64,000 nucleotides of DNA from Eledone cirrhosa (lineage: Eukaryota): positions 108,624,001 to 108,688,000 of the forward strand of contig OZ024741.1 of NCBI GenBank assembly GCA_964016885.1, written 5' to 3'. How positions within the stretch are numbered: position 1 is the first letter of the stretch; the number at the start of each line of letters is the position of its first letter. Made by a program: the position numbers and the translations under genes. Of this stretch, positions 1 to 14,799 are shown in pieces. The notes beneath the pieces are model-generated. The model made no database searches, was not told the DNA's origin, and saw nothing but the letters and a program-made list of their open reading frames with translations.

Positions 1-863
1 TAATTACTCTGATATATCAAAGGCATTGAAAGATCTCTTTCTCGATTTCGTACCACGTGTTAAGAAAAGCATTACTTGTTTGGCCTTGTTAATCTCACCG
101 CTCGCCCACATCTTTCATAAAACACGCCAGAGGACGGTACGTTGCCACCTATAATCACATTTCTCTTCAGGACGTTATCGCAAAACTTTGAAATTTTCGA
201 ACCATACATCTTCTTTGCTGAACGCTACCAGAGGTTTAACGAGCTTTACTTCTAAGGGAAGCTGACGGTTCAATATGCATTTATAAATTTGGTTGATTAG
301 ACACAAATATTGACAAATTTGACCCTTATTCAGTTGAGTCCTCATTATACTCAGTCAGTCTTTACTCCCAATTACAGCACGGCACATCAAGACATACATT
401 CATCGTGATATAATTCTCTTATACATCCTCCATCTCAGTTCTTGGACATTCCTTATGCTCATAAAAATAATTCATTCGAGCTAATCATCAATCTAAATAA
501 ATGCTCACGACTTTCACCTGTGTATTTATGAACCGAAGTAAGAAATCAATATCAACTTTGAATAGATTGCAGCTAAATAGGAAGAGAAATATTGATTAAT
601 ATCAATATATCCGTATATATTGTTACTGTAAGTAGCCACCGTGCATAGCAAGCAGGTTTGGAAATATTTAGATAATAAATATGCCGTCTGTAGAGAAATA
701 TCGTCATGATGTGACTACTTTGCGACGAAGCTTAACAGGAAGAAATATGATGAATAAGGACAAAAGGAAATTAATAAATTATAGAAATATCATAGATAAG
801 AAATTGTATCTAAGTAAATATGTATGTATGTTTATTTTTTCTATATATATATAGATATATATT

Positions 864-961
<98 letters not shown>

Positions 962-1189
962 GCTCCGATCTGTACTGTGCTCAAATCTATTCGTAAGGCA
1001 CCTATTGTCATCTGTCGTAAAGTTCATTTTCCTTAGAATAACAGATTTTAAATGTTATTTATATATTGCATAACATAATTTTAAAGATTTATTTAGAATA
1101 TCTTAATACAGAAAATAATGATCAAAATAAGAAAAAAATGGATTCTACCAAAATTATAAAACATTTACACAACTTCAATATATACAATA

Positions 1190-1570
1190 TTTTAAGCGTC
1201 GATAGATTTATAGGTCTGGCTACTTCCAGGGATCATTTTTGAGAAATTTTCTTGATGGCATTCACTGTGATATTTTTGTGGCAAGGATTGCTCTTCTGCA
1301 TAATCACTCCTCATTGGAATGGTGAATTTGGAATCGATTAATTAATAGGGATCGATTAATTAATTAATCTTACAATGCTTTCAACAACAGTACAACATGA
1401 TGATTGTTCAACACATCTTTTGGTATAAATGGATTTCTTTTCTATAAATTTTAATGGCTGAGAGGTGCTTATCTCTAACTCAGTGTGTCCGCTACCATTT
1501 CCACCTCTGTTATTCGCACTGAAGAAATCTCTGCGGCTGGGAAAATCTGAGTGTTACCCCCTCCATTCCG
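1190..1570 (-). mobile_element. Degraded Helitron PIF1-like helicase fragment; diverged duplicate of 2150-2545
   Basis: Aligns by eye to 2150-2545 and 63530-63740 (shared gatagattt, gattgctct and acaatgctttcaaca blocks); reading frame broken. Confidence 0.6.
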
Positions 1571-1779
1571 TTTTCGGAAAAGAAGGGGACGCACAATAGA
1601 GAAAGAAAATAATACAAAACGCATAAAACAGTTTCTGAGAAGCATGGTGACTGTGCTCTTCTTCAATTCAAGGTTTGTGGAAGCACACAGGACAGTTCCA
1701 ATATATACAATGTTTTTAACGTTTTACTTTGGAGCATATATGAACAGTTTGTGGGTCTTTATTCTCAGGAATAACATAA

Positions 1780-2545
1780 AAGTATTCAGCATATGAAAAA
1801 CAGCCCTCTTCTAAATGGAGACCGACATCCTTGGGACTTGTTAATGGTCATTGTGTAAATGATTCTCACTAGGAATTGTAATCATTTGAAACAAAAGGGC
1901 CACATTCTAAGGATAAATGCCATGTCTTTCTTACCATATCCAGTGAAGATTTTACCTTCGATAATGTGAGGTTGTAGTTCAGTCATGTCAGTACGCTTCC
2001 AATTGCACAATCTTGGTTGATCCAGTTTCTGAGAAGCATGGTGACTGTTCCCTTCTTCAATTCAAGTTTGTGTGGCAACATACAGGGCAGTTCCAGATTG
2101 TTGAGAAATTCAATGGGATAATGAACAGCCTCGTCCTGGTCGACAACTTTGTCAATAGATTTATAGTTCTGGTTACCTCCAACGATCATTTGTGAAAGAT
2201 TTTATTGGTGGCATTCACTAATGTTTTTTCCGTTGTTTTTTTGTGAGTGTGTGTGGAGGGGATTGCTCTTTCACACATTCTCTTCTCATTGGAATGGTGG
2301 ATTTGTAAATTGGGGAATACATAATTAATTGAGCTTACAACGCTTTCCACAACAGTACAAAATGATGAGGGATAAAAACATCCTTCAGTATCAAGGGAGA
2401 GTTTTCTATACGCTTAAACGGCCGAGAGCTACTTATCTGTAATTCCGCGTGTCTCTCGCCCTTGCCGCGTCTGTTATTCGCACTGAAGAAATCTCCGAGG
2501 CAGGGAAAATCCGAAGCATCCTTCCTGCCTCCGCCATCCATTATT
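1780..2545 (-). mobile_element. Helitron RepHel fragment, PIF1-family helicase C-terminal region
   Basis: ORF 1983-2189 YKSIDKVVDQDEAVHYPIEFLNNLELPCMLPHKLELKKGTVTMLLRN matches the conserved Helitron/PIF1 motif (YPxEFLNSLxxxGxPPHxLxLKxGxPxMLLRNL). Downstream frames give ELQPHIIEGKIFTG and TINKSQG remnants. Confidence 0.85.
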
Positions 2546-2985
2546 TATTTTTCAGGATAGAAATACAAGTACGTAGAATTAAGTCCGAAAATAAAAAATA
2601 AAAAAAATTAATAGTTCATTGAAGCCAAATTAAAGAAATAAATGGCCTCTCAATTTAAGAAATATATCAATAGATAGGAAAATACATCTTACTCCATCTG
2701 ATGTAATCATGCTAGGGTGTTATTATATAACCACCCTTGCATGTTTGAAATACGGATAATGGGATCAGGTGATAAAATGAAGATGTAAGAATAAAATCGT
2801 CTCTTTATTTATTATACTAAGGCTCCGGTTAATACCTTACACAGAAAATCCTAAGGACTACAAATCGTTGAATGCATTGCGCCTGTTTACGAAAATGTCG
2901 GCAGATTATTTGATCAAACAAATTTCAACTGAATAATATATATATGTATGTGTATTTATATGTACATATATATATATAAATATAT

Positions 2986-3101
<116 letters not shown>

Positions 3102-3222
3102 CAGTTAACAATATATATTGTAATCAGCATATGCCGGCGATCATAATAGACACAGAAACGTATGTTAAAGCAAATATTTCCTAAACTTCTTTCACCCCAA
3201 TGTTTATATGTATATGTATATA

Positions 3223-4314
<1,092 letters not shown>

Positions 4315-5286
4315 TTGTGTGTGTGTGCTTATATAGACGCCAGCTTAGTAATTTGGGGAAGTGTAATTTACTATAACCGTGGATCAACCCAAGGTTTTGT
4401 AAGTGACATTGTGTAGATGAAAACCGCAAGGAAGCCCTTAGATGGATATTATCTGTAATTCTAGTTCAGCCTCGTTAGGTATTTCGACAAAGAATCTCAT
4501 CAAATAGTTTGGATTTTTATTTATCCTCCAGTCATGACACAGGCCCCTAGCAGATAGATTGTACCTATAATTTTTATCTTCACTAGTCACAAATTGTGAG
4601 ACAGGAGATCGTCAGTGGGGTGTTATCGGTAATTTTGTCCAGCCACATCACATCTTGTAACACGCTGATTCTGCGTGAAAATTACGTTAACGTTACACAT
4701 ATCTATGGACTACGCAACTAAGTTCACGTTAAATCTGGAGTCAAACATTCCCGTGATCGAACAACTGAATTCTTGCCGTTGAAACTTATCAAGCGAAGAG
4801 TGTTGTAGTCTCAGTTGCTTGACCTCATCCATTAATGAATATCAGCCATCATTAAACAAATCAGTGCCTCTGTCAAATGTCTATCTACCAACATACGAAA
4901 GAAACAACAGAAACTTTATATCAACCAATCAACCAACTAACTGCCATACCCTCACTAATTATTTACTATAGTTTAATCATTTTAAACATGGCACGTTGAT
5001 AGGGACAGACATTGATAGCGACAGACATTCGGGCACTTAATAACTGAATGTATATAATAAATGCCAGTATAATTAGATATATTATTCAATACCATATTTT
5101 AATTAGTTTAACTATTACTGACGATAAACGCGAACCAGAGAAACCGGAAACGGATATTAAATGTTAGAAGTGGAAGTCAAAGTTATAGATATCATATCTG
5201 CGTAACATATGCTTACAGAGTATCACAAAAGAATTGTACGCAAGCAGATACTAATAGATTTACATAGGACATCTATGGAAAAACTT

Positions 5287-5336
<50 letters not shown>

Positions 5337-5419
5337 CCGTGTGTGTGTGTGTGTGTATGTGTATGTGTGTGTGTGTGTATATTTATATATGTGTGTGTTT
5401 GGGGGGGGGTGTAATAAGT

Positions 5420-5541
5420 GGATCCACATTGGGTATCGAGAAGTGACCACAATTAAAAAAGTTACTCAACAAGTTAGTAGAGAATAGGCATCTTTATCTT
5501 TATATAGAAATGAAGTCTACAGGACTAGAACTGTTTCATTC
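5420..5541 (-). mobile_element. Partial copy of the HHR element family seen at 39503-39690 and 52975-53130
   Basis: Shares tctacaggactagaactgtttcattc and adjacent sequence. Confidence 0.55.
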
Positions 5542-5619
5542 AAACAAATGTATGAATATATGCATTATGCAAATCTCTGTGTATCGAAATGTGTTTATAT
5601 ATATATATATATATGTACG

Positions 5620-5935
5620 TATTAAGAAAGTCCTCAAGTGCAGTAATGCTACAAAGACAGCTTATAAAAGCCGAAAATTCGGCTTCGTAGATTATTTATT
5701 TACATACGGATGTCTGTCTGTTAGTTTCCTTGCTGATATCTGAAAGCTGTTGTCCGGCTACCTTGTTAAATTGACGGGCTGGATTTCGTCAAGCATCCTT
5801 AGTTTAATGGTTAAATCGTCCAGCCAGTGTCTGGAAGATACCGGGTACAATTCCTCATAGCGGCCGCTGGCCACTTTCTTTTGTCTTTTATGGGTGTTCA
5901 TCATATTTTGTAAGCTATCTGCGCTTGACCACTTC

Positions 5936-5938
<3 letters not shown>
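5620..5938 (+). mobile_element. Small element with tRNA-like A/B boxes, between (TA)n tracts; related to 43697-44020
   Basis: TAGTTTAATGG ... GGTACAATTCC at ~5800-5853; shares the aaagccgaaa.ttcggctt palindrome and ctggaaga...caattcc.catagcg with 43.7-44.0 kb. Confidence 0.5.
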
Positions 5939-5998
<60 letters not shown>

Positions 5999-6547
5999 GT
6001 GTGCGCGTTATATATACATATAATTTGTTGTACAACAGAAAGTTCGCCCCTTTCAACTCAACATGCATTGAATACTACTCTGATTTATGGCTTTATCAGT
6101 TTTCGCGCACCCATGCATGTACGCGTGTATTTTGGCAGATATGTGTGAATGTGCGCGTGTTTGTGCATCTTTGTCTGTGTGTGTACATATATATGTGCGT
6201 TGAAAATATGTAAATAAGCATATATGTTTTGAAAGGACCGCTTCAATCCTAGCTGACCTTGCGTTTTGTGTCCAGATTCCTTTCCTAGGCACAGACCTAA
6301 AGACATTTTTTTTACAGACAGGCAAACGCATATGCAACCAATCTCCCCTTCCAATGTGAATGACTTTGTCAAAGAGGAAGACACAGGCCAATGCAGTTTG
6401 GCTTCTTCTTGGTTCGGACAATCTCCTGTTTGAAGGCCAAACACCTAGGAATGGTACTTATATTTTTCAGTTGAATGGAATGGTGAAGCATATTCTTCTA
6501 CAATCACTCCCATGTGCTACCTTGTGCATTCATTCTATTGCTTCAGC

Positions 6548-6588
<41 letters not shown>

Positions 6589-7002
6589 AAACATCAAGAG
6601 CAGTACTAGCAGCAGCAGAACTAGCACAGAATTTGCCAACCAGTGGTGTCCTAGGAAGAATGTCAAGCTATTATTTCTCATAACACTTAGTAAACTAATT
6701 AAAACATTTACACAATTTCAGTCGCCATATCTAATAAGCTGAACAGGCTATGACGCCATATAACTTCCCCTTCCACTACACACTTCCTCTTCCTATTCCC
6801 CTCAAATCTGCCACTTGTGATAAGGGAAGACATCGGTAGTTCTTATCTAAGCTGCTATGCAATTATCAGTACAGTAATAGTACAGTGCGACCGCACATGT
6901 GTTTGTATATGTGTGTGTTCATAAGAGAGTGTGTACACACACAGACACCCTCCGCCCCATATATATGTATATTTATGTGTGTGTGTGCGTGTATGTGTGT
7001 GT

Positions 7003-7041
<39 letters not shown>

Positions 7042-7100
7042 TAAAATATGCGTTTATATATGAATATATATGAATATATATATATATGTATATATATATA

Positions 7101-7386
<286 letters not shown>

Positions 7387-7420
7387 TTCAAATCCACATT
7401 CAATAAAAACACCAGGAATT

Positions 7421-7480
7421 TTTCATTCTGATGACTGAAAGCAAATTTGTTTGCTTTCAAGAAACCACTGGTAAATGAAA
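7421..7480 (+). ncRNA. Type I hammerhead ribozyme in a ~130-bp insert within (TA)n
   Basis: tttcatt-CTGATGA-c tgaaagcaaa tttg tttgctttca a-GAAA-ccactgg-TA-aatgaaa; perfect 7-bp stem I and 10-bp stem II; GUA cleavage triplet. Confidence 0.85.
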
Positions 7481-8476
7481 TAATTATCTTATGTTGTTCA
7501 TTACATAACTATATATATATATAGGTGTATAAAAATGTGTTTGTGTACACACATGTTCACCTACACACTACCTCATGCATATCACAGGAGCTGTCTTTTA
7601 ACACCTGACCTATATTTCTATATAAGTTAGCTATTATAAATCTCAAAGGTCAAATGATATTGAGTGGGAAGAGGAAGAAAAAAAACAAGAATCAAAGATA
7701 ATGTTAACTTGTTTACATTTATTAGTTCAAATATATTTCGGATAAACATCTATTTTCAAAGGATCCAATTGCAACCTTGGAGAATGTCGGTTAGGAGCTT
7801 TCTATACTTCTTTGTGGCTAGAGTTGGAGTTAGAAGTCTGGGTTAATATGTGTGACTTGAATAAATGACTACGAAGTCCTACATTGCTATGATGCTATGA
7901 GACATTAGAAATCTGGGAAAAACTATTTACTAAGTCTGTTGCAGTTTTATTGGGATATTCTACCAGTTTTCCATGATTCTGGCGATATGGATATATTCTG
8001 TTTCGGATATGCTATTAGCATGACCACCATGTCGATCCTACCTAAGTATAGCATTATAAATAGTTCACATAATTATAACAGCCTCATGTGTATGTATTAC
8101 GTTATTGTGATTTTATTTATATATTCAAGTCACAAATATCAACCCAAAGTCTTGTGTCGATGTACTAAATTTTCCTGAATTGTTCAGCCATTGCTAACGT
8201 CCTTCTCTATAGCGATCGTTCTACTGCTACCATTTTCCCTGCTATCCCACAACTGATGAATTCGATTATGATTTTGATGATGGTTATGATGTTAGGGTAG
8301 TAATGGTTGAAATGGTAGTGGAGGGTTGCTGGTTGTGATGGGGATGTTGGAGTTGATAACAACAATTAAATGTTTTCTAAATTAAGCATAAGGCCAGCAA
8401 TCTGTTGAAATGGGAAATTCGTTTAAATCGACTCCAGTTCATGGCTGATATTTGATGTTATCGGCACGAAATAATA

Positions 8477-8668
8477 GTTTCTTATATAAGCACAAGGCCA
8501 GTACTTAAATCGACCCCAGTGTGTAATTGTTACTTAATTTTATCGACCTCATAAGGATGAAAGGCAAAGTTAACCTCGGCGGGATTTGAACTAAGATCAT
8601 AAAGGACCGTAACTCTATGCTGCAAAACATGGTGTCCGACCCTCTACCGATACTGCCAACCCACCGCC
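8477..8668 (-). mobile_element. tRNA-derived SINE with Nin/Deu-like core, nested in an older SINE
   Basis: A box TGGCAGTATCGG, B box GTTCAAATCC, core tgcctttcatcctt..gaggtcgataaaatt; 17-bp TSD atcggcacgaaataata at 8460-8476 and 8672-8688. Confidence 0.85.
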
Positions 8669-9060
8669 CTCATCGGCACGAAATAATAAAAGGTAAAGTT
8701 AAATTTGTCGCGGTTTGAACATACCACATAAACCGTTGTAACAATATACCGATCATTTTTACTCGAGGCTCTAACGATTTTCCTAATTCTACAACAAAAC
8801 AATATCGGCTCTGGTACTACGTAATAATGTCAAATCTAGCTTCGACTACGGAACCTCCAGTAATTAATGGACACTCTATTTATCGACATCGAATTGATGA
8901 AAAACAGAGCGGACTTCGGGAATATTTGAAATCAATAAGGAAAAGAAAATAACTAAACGCTACTAACTAACGATTTACCCAATTCTACAACTGGTAAAAA
9001 TTGTTTCCACTTTCGTCACAAGATCAGTAATTGAAACCTGAAAGGAGCCGATCATTTCTA

Positions 9061-9230
9061 GACCTGGTACTGATTGTGGTTGGCGCACTGGGAGCAGTTA
9101 GTAGAAGGCTGGATGAATAACTTGAAAAACTAGGAATTGCTATCAGGACAGGTTTGTTGCAGAAAACAGCCTTGCTGGGAACAGAAGGGTGTTAGAAAAT
9201 TGAAAGTTTAAGAATAAATATTTTGAAAGC
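9061..9230 (+). mobile_element. 3' fragment of an R4/Dong-like (RLE) non-LTR retrotransposon
   Basis: Translates as LVLIVVGALGAVSRRLDE*LEKLGIAIRTGLLQKTALLGT..RVLEN, the typical R4/Dong C-terminal signature. Confidence 0.7.
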
Positions 9231-9884
9231 CCTCTAGCTATGACATTTTGAGAGCTAACTGCTATCACCAGCTACCGGATTCAATGAGAAGCAGTAGAGT
9301 ATGACTGTCGATGCGATTCTGGTTTACGGTTGTCATCATCATGACAGTGTTTACCTCATTTGCGTATGGAACTGTGAAGCCGGTTCAGCCAGGACATACT
9401 GTATATATTTAAATATACCAAATTCTCATATTTTATTGTGTTTTTATTATTCTTTTATTATCGTTTTATTTCTCAAGAATATGATCTAGAAAATGAAGCA
9501 TAGAAATAATGGAATCACGCCATCAAATACACACACACATATGTATATATATATATATGTCAATTTATACAAGGATATATACACACACCCTCACATACGC
9601 ACGCGTACACATGGACAGGGACACACGCACAAACACACACATATATATATAGCGAGAAAGAGAGAGAGGAACCGGAATTAGAAAACAAAAATAAATAAAA
9701 AGTAATAAAATGTTGAAGAAATAAATAAATCAATAAATAGATAATGAATGAATAACCGAAACAAAAAAGCAAACACCGAACACATTAGAAAGAACAGAGA
9801 AGCTGCCAACTCTTCTCCAGAACTTGGTGAAATTACATCTAATCTCTCTCTCTCTATATATATATTGTTTTATTTTCATTGTTT

Positions 9885-9974
<90 letters not shown>

Positions 9975-10550
9975 TATAGATATATATATCGTATGTATAT
10001 ATATATGTACCTAAATCAGGCCGTTATTGCTCCAGTTGTTCAACAAACCAGTGAGGAAACACACTCAGCCAAACACCAATCTACACTCATGTCTCCTGCT
10101 AAACATAACCACGACCAACCCTGCAGGACCGATCGAGTTCTATACTATAATGTACAGTGAGAGTAAATGTTTTCTCGGCCCAAGCGCTAACAGATTTCTC
10201 AATAATAACATGCGGTAACGAATGAAAGTGGAACAAACACAATAAGATACAGTCGGGAAACGACATACATAAACATCTCATACAACGATGATTAAGAAAT
10301 TTTATAAACTTATCGTGAAAATATTAAAAGGACATGCATATAGATACGTAAATATATAGTTGTTATTTATGCAAGTGCTTATATCTGCGTTTTTCGTTTA
10401 CATCATCTCAATCAACAAATTAGGGTACAGGCAGGATAAAACACTCCACCTCGGTAGTTAGTAGCCACCATTAAAATAGGATCGCCTCTGGCGAGACGGA
10501 TTATCGTTATAAAATTAAATGTTGAAAGAGATATGTGCAACTACTTATAT

Positions 10551-10629
10551 ATATTATGTAGATTTCAGTAGCGCCAGTGCATTACTGCTACACAATACGA
10601 AAGACAGCTGGCTTGAATTCATCAGATAT
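10551..10629 (-). ncRNA. Possible degenerate type I hammerhead ribozyme
   Basis: atat-CTGATGA...gccag...ctggc...GAAA-tctaca-TA-atat; stem I is only 4 A-U pairs. Confidence 0.4.
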
Positions 10630-10784
10630 TTACATAAGAATAATTATGTATGAAAGTCTACAACCAAAAATAAGGTGTTGAAATGTGTCCATATGAATAT
10701 GTGCATGTATATGTGTGTACATTTGTGTTTGTAGTGGAAGTGTACATGTCCATATCACAACTACTTCAGTGGCGGTGTAAAACC

Positions 10785-10871
<87 letters not shown>

Positions 10872-10876
10872 CACAC

Positions 10877-10945
<69 letters not shown>

Positions 10946-10985
10946 ATATATTAATAAATGGAAACTATATTTATAAAACCATAAT

Positions 10986-11049
10986 TATTTTATTATATAT
11001 ATTTCAAGGGCGACCAAGCCAATTTGGTGCGCTTTCATCAGATAAAATA
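10986..11049 (-). ncRNA. Type I hammerhead ribozyme (left arm)
   Basis: Reverse complement of the HHR at 11109-11173, with a small loop change. Confidence 0.75.
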
Positions 11050-11108
11050 CAAATTTGTTTTATAAATAGTGACATAACCATGGAAAACAACCTTGACCCA
11101 CAATTTTG

Positions 11109-11173
11109 TATTTTATCTGATGAAAGCGCACCAAGTATGGCTTGGTCGCCCTTGAAATATATATAATAAAATA
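11109..11173 (+). ncRNA. Type I hammerhead ribozyme (right arm)
   Basis: tattttat-CTGATGA-aagcgcaccaag tatgg cttggtcgccctt-GAAA-tatata-TA-ataaaata; 8-bp stem I. Confidence 0.8.
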
Positions 11174-11269
11174 ATTATGGTTTTATAAATATAGTTTCCA
11201 TTTATTAATATATTGAATAGTTATAAACTTTTAAATTTGTTGGAATCCCAACAAATTATATATAACTTC

Positions 11270-11350
<81 letters not shown>

Positions 11351-11556
11351 CATGAATATTATCTTTCATCGTAATGCTTACTTTCTACTGTATATTGAGA
11401 TGTTGATCTTTATATCTTTTTATAGATTTTGAGGATGAAACATTTATTTTCTATCTCATTTACATATAGTGTCAGATTGACAAGTTAGTAATATTCATCA
11501 GCATTTGGGGGCGTATATGGGCCCATGAAATATATATGTATATATATATATATATA

Positions 11557-11670
<114 letters not shown>

Positions 11671-11987
11671 CATATATATATACATATACATATATATATA
11701 CATATATATATATATGTGTTATATATGTATTCGTGTGTGTGTGTGTGTACTTGTACAAGTGTGTTTCTATGAATGAATGTGAATATATGCATACATATAC
11801 ACACGCACATAAATACATATATATATTTGTGTGTGTGTACGTGTGTGTGTGTATTAATGTACATTTAGGAATGTGTATATGTAAGTTTGTGAGAATAAGA
11901 TTAAAATGACAAATGAGCTTTAAGGTTGGAGCAAAATTACAATCCATTATTTTCGATAGTTTATATGTAATATATATATATACACAC

Positions 11988-12080
<93 letters not shown>

Positions 12081-12101
12081 CATACATACATACATTCATA
12101 C

Positions 12102-12129
<28 letters not shown>

Positions 12130-12135
<6 letters not shown>

Positions 12136-12472
12136 TGAAACAAAATGAAAACGAAATTTCATTTCTCACTCTTAGTATGGCACTTACTTAAATGTAAGTA
12201 TGCATGTATACGTACATACATATATGTATACAGACGTACAGTAGCATGCACATATATATATATATATACATATATACATACATATGCATACAGGTACACA
12301 TACATATATGCACGTATCAGTTTAGCGGCGCTTATTATAACGTCGCTTTGTTCGTTTGTAAACAAACTGAACAGCCTGAATTTATGCCATACGGTGTTAA
12401 GGCAACCACGTCACCTTTTTGTTCAACACTGACACAGGAACGATGTACTAGTTTCAAGCTTGTTAGCTATCA
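12130..12472 (-). repeat. Inverted arm of the 471-bp array
   Basis: Reverse complement of ~12565-12908; its inner end lies inside the HHR core. Confidence 0.9.
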
Positions 12473-12554
12473 ACATGCAAATTAGGCTGCTCAGCCTTAA
12501 TTTTCATAAGGGAAGTATATACTTTCGAACGTTCAACTATCTGGCAGATGGGTA

Positions 12555-12599
12555 AACGGTGCTGATGATAGCTAACAAGCTTGAAACTAGTACATCGTT
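12555..12599 (+). ncRNA. Minimal type I hammerhead ribozyme, unit 1
   Basis: aacggtg-CTGATGA-t agct aaca agct t-GAAA-ctag-TA-catcgtt; palindromic CTAG loop III; predicted cleavage after 12592. Confidence 0.85.
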
Positions 12600-13025
12600 C
12601 CTGTGTCAGTGTTGAACAAAAAGGTGACGTGGTTGCCTTAACACCGTATGGCATAAATTCAGGCTGTTCAGTTTGTTTACAAACGAACAAAGCGACGTTA
12701 TAATAAGCGCCGCTAAACTGATACGTGCATATATGTATGTGTACCTGTATGCATATGTATGTATATATGTATATATATATATATATGTGCATGCTACTGT
12801 ACGTCTGTATACATATATGTATGTACGTATACATGCATACTTACATTTAAGTAAGTGCCATACTAAGAGTGAGAAATGAAATTTCGTTTTCATTTTGTTT
12901 CAATTTATCGTTTTCGGTATGCCTGACTGATTTAACTCACTCAACATGCAAATTAGGCTGCTCAGCCTTAATTTTCATAAGGGAAGTATATACTTTCGAA
13001 CGTTCAACTATCTGGCAGATGGGTA

Positions 13026-13070
13026 AACGGTGCTGATGATAGCTAACAAGCTTGAAACTAGTACATCGTT
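13026..13070 (+). ncRNA. Minimal type I hammerhead ribozyme, unit 2
   Basis: Same sequence as 12555-12599. Confidence 0.85.
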
Positions 13071-13496
13071 CCTGTGTCAGTGTTGAACAAAAAGGTGACG
13101 TGGTTGCCTTAACACCGTATGGCATAAATTCAGGCTGTTCAGTTTGTTTACAAACGAACAAAGCGACGTTATAATAAGCGCCGCTAAACTGATACGTGCA
13201 TATATGTATGTGTACCTGTATGCATATGTATGTATATATGTATATATATATATATATGTGCATGCTACTGTACGTCTGTATACATATATGTATGTACGTA
13301 TACATGCATACTTACATTTAAGTAAGTGCCATACTAAGAGTGAGAAATGAAATTTCGTTTTCATTTTGTTTCAATTTATCGTTTTCGGTATGCCTGACTG
13401 ATTTAACTCACTCAACATGCAAATTAGGCTGCTCAGCCTTAATTTTCATAAGGGAAGTATATACTTTCGAACGTTCAACTATCTGGCAGATGGGTA

Positions 13497-13541
13497 AACG
13501 GTGCTGATGATAGCTAACAAGCTTGAAACTAGTACATCGTT
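13497..13541 (+). ncRNA. Minimal type I hammerhead ribozyme, unit 3
   Basis: Same sequence as 12555-12599. Confidence 0.85.
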
Positions 13542-13786
13542 CCTGTGTCAGTGTTGAACAAAAAGGTGACGTGGTTGCCTTAACACCGTATGGCATAAAT
13601 TCAGGCTGTTCAGTTTGTTTACAAACGAACAAAGCGACGTTATAATAAGCGCCGCTAAACTGATACGTGCATATATGTATGTGTACCTGTATGCATATGT
13701 ATGTATATATGTATATATATATATATATGTGCATGCTACTGTACGTCTGTATACATATATGTATGTACGTATACATGCATACTTAC

Positions 13787-13817
<31 letters not shown>

Positions 13818-13822
<5 letters not shown>

Positions 13823-14007
13823 GTTTTTACTTTTGACACAAGGCCAGCAATTATCCAGTGCATTACTGGTACTTTATTTTATCGACCCCCGTAAGGATGA
13901 AAGGCAAATTTAACCTCGGCGGGATTTGATCTCAGAATGGCAAGGGCCGTAACTCTATGCGTCAAAGTATGGCGTCCGACCCTCTACAGATACTGCCAAT
14001 CCACCGC
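13818..14007 (-). mobile_element. tRNA-derived SINE, same family as 8477-8668
   Basis: Full head gcggtggattggcagtatc, Nin/Deu-like core, tail ...aaacaattat. Confidence 0.85.
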
Positions 14008-14269
14008 ATAATGCGAGTGTAATATATTCTGGAAAGTGGCCAACTAAGGAATCAAGAATCACAATATCAACAAAAAATAATTTAAAACATGCCTGGAGCG
14101 AGTTGAGTACTACATGCACACAAATCATGAGGTAAACACGATATATTTCTTTTTATATTTATTGATATATAACCACAATTACTGCTGTTGTCGTTAAAAT
14201 GATGAATGAGATATTGGAATCGAGGTTCTTCAATATTCGAAAAGAGATCGATATATATATAATCACGTG

Positions 14270-14613
14270 TTATAGGGAAAATACGGTTTGAAAAAATGCA
14301 ATGACTTGCCTTTTGGCTATATAAACGATTCTCTATTAGTGTGCCAAGGAATTTGATGATTATGTATATATTTTTGTTTACTTTAACCAGCGTTTTTAAA
14401 AAGATTTTAGTTACAGTCTTTTGTTAAATAAACGAAAATAATTTTTGAAATACTGCAACGAAAGTCTTTTTGAAGAGGCTGTAAACACTGCTGAAACCGC
14501 TTAAAGTAAACATAAACATATCAATAATCATCAAATTACTTGCACACTAATTAAGAAACATTCTAAATAACCGAAAGTTTAGTCATTGCATTTTTCATAC
14601 CCTATTTTATTTT

Positions 14614-14620
<7 letters not shown>
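14270..14620. repeat. Old imperfect fold-back element
   Basis: gaaaaaatgcaatgact / agtcattgcatttttc; ttagtgtgccaaggaatttgatgattat / ataatcatcaaattacttgcacactaa; tgtttactttaa / ttaaagtaaaca. Confidence 0.7.
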
Positions 14621-14682
<62 letters not shown>

Positions 14683-14683
14683 T

Positions 14684-14746
<63 letters not shown>

Positions 14747-14799
14747 TAGATTGATACATAGATAGGTAGATGGATAGAGAAATAGATAGATATATCAGT

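Larger units (their letters stand above)
10944..11272. mobile_element. Fold-back of a PLE terminal-repeat fragment with an HHR in each arm
   Basis: 10944-11056 is inverted relative to ~11102-11215; shares sequence with the PLE arms at 45296-45400 and 49374-49478; (TA)n on both sides. Confidence 0.85.
12470..13790 (+). mobile_element. Tandem array of ~2.8 apparently identical 471-bp non-coding units, one HHR each (retrozyme-like)
   Basis: Unit starts tcaacatgcaaattagg at 12470, 12941 and 13412; CTGATGA at 12562, 13033 and 13504; the array ends in (TA)n. Confidence 0.9.

Noticed and set aside
5112-5160. CTGACGA...GAAA hammerhead candidate (similar weak hits at ~165, 1520, 2482, 8253, 11495, 36585, 40839, 44265, 51672, 53468)
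   Set aside because: Stems I/II do not pair convincingly or core bases are wrong; some may be decayed HHRs but they cannot be supported.
5792-5865. Functional tRNA gene (also 50712-50785)
   Set aside because: A/B-box-like motifs are present but no consistent cloverleaf; treated as repeat-derived.
12463-13776. Repeated 122-aa ORFs in the tandem array; CRISPR-like array
   Set aside because: The ORFs are antisense to the HHR, partly low-complexity and have no recognisable domain. The units are identical 471-mers without variable spacers, and the context is eukaryotic.
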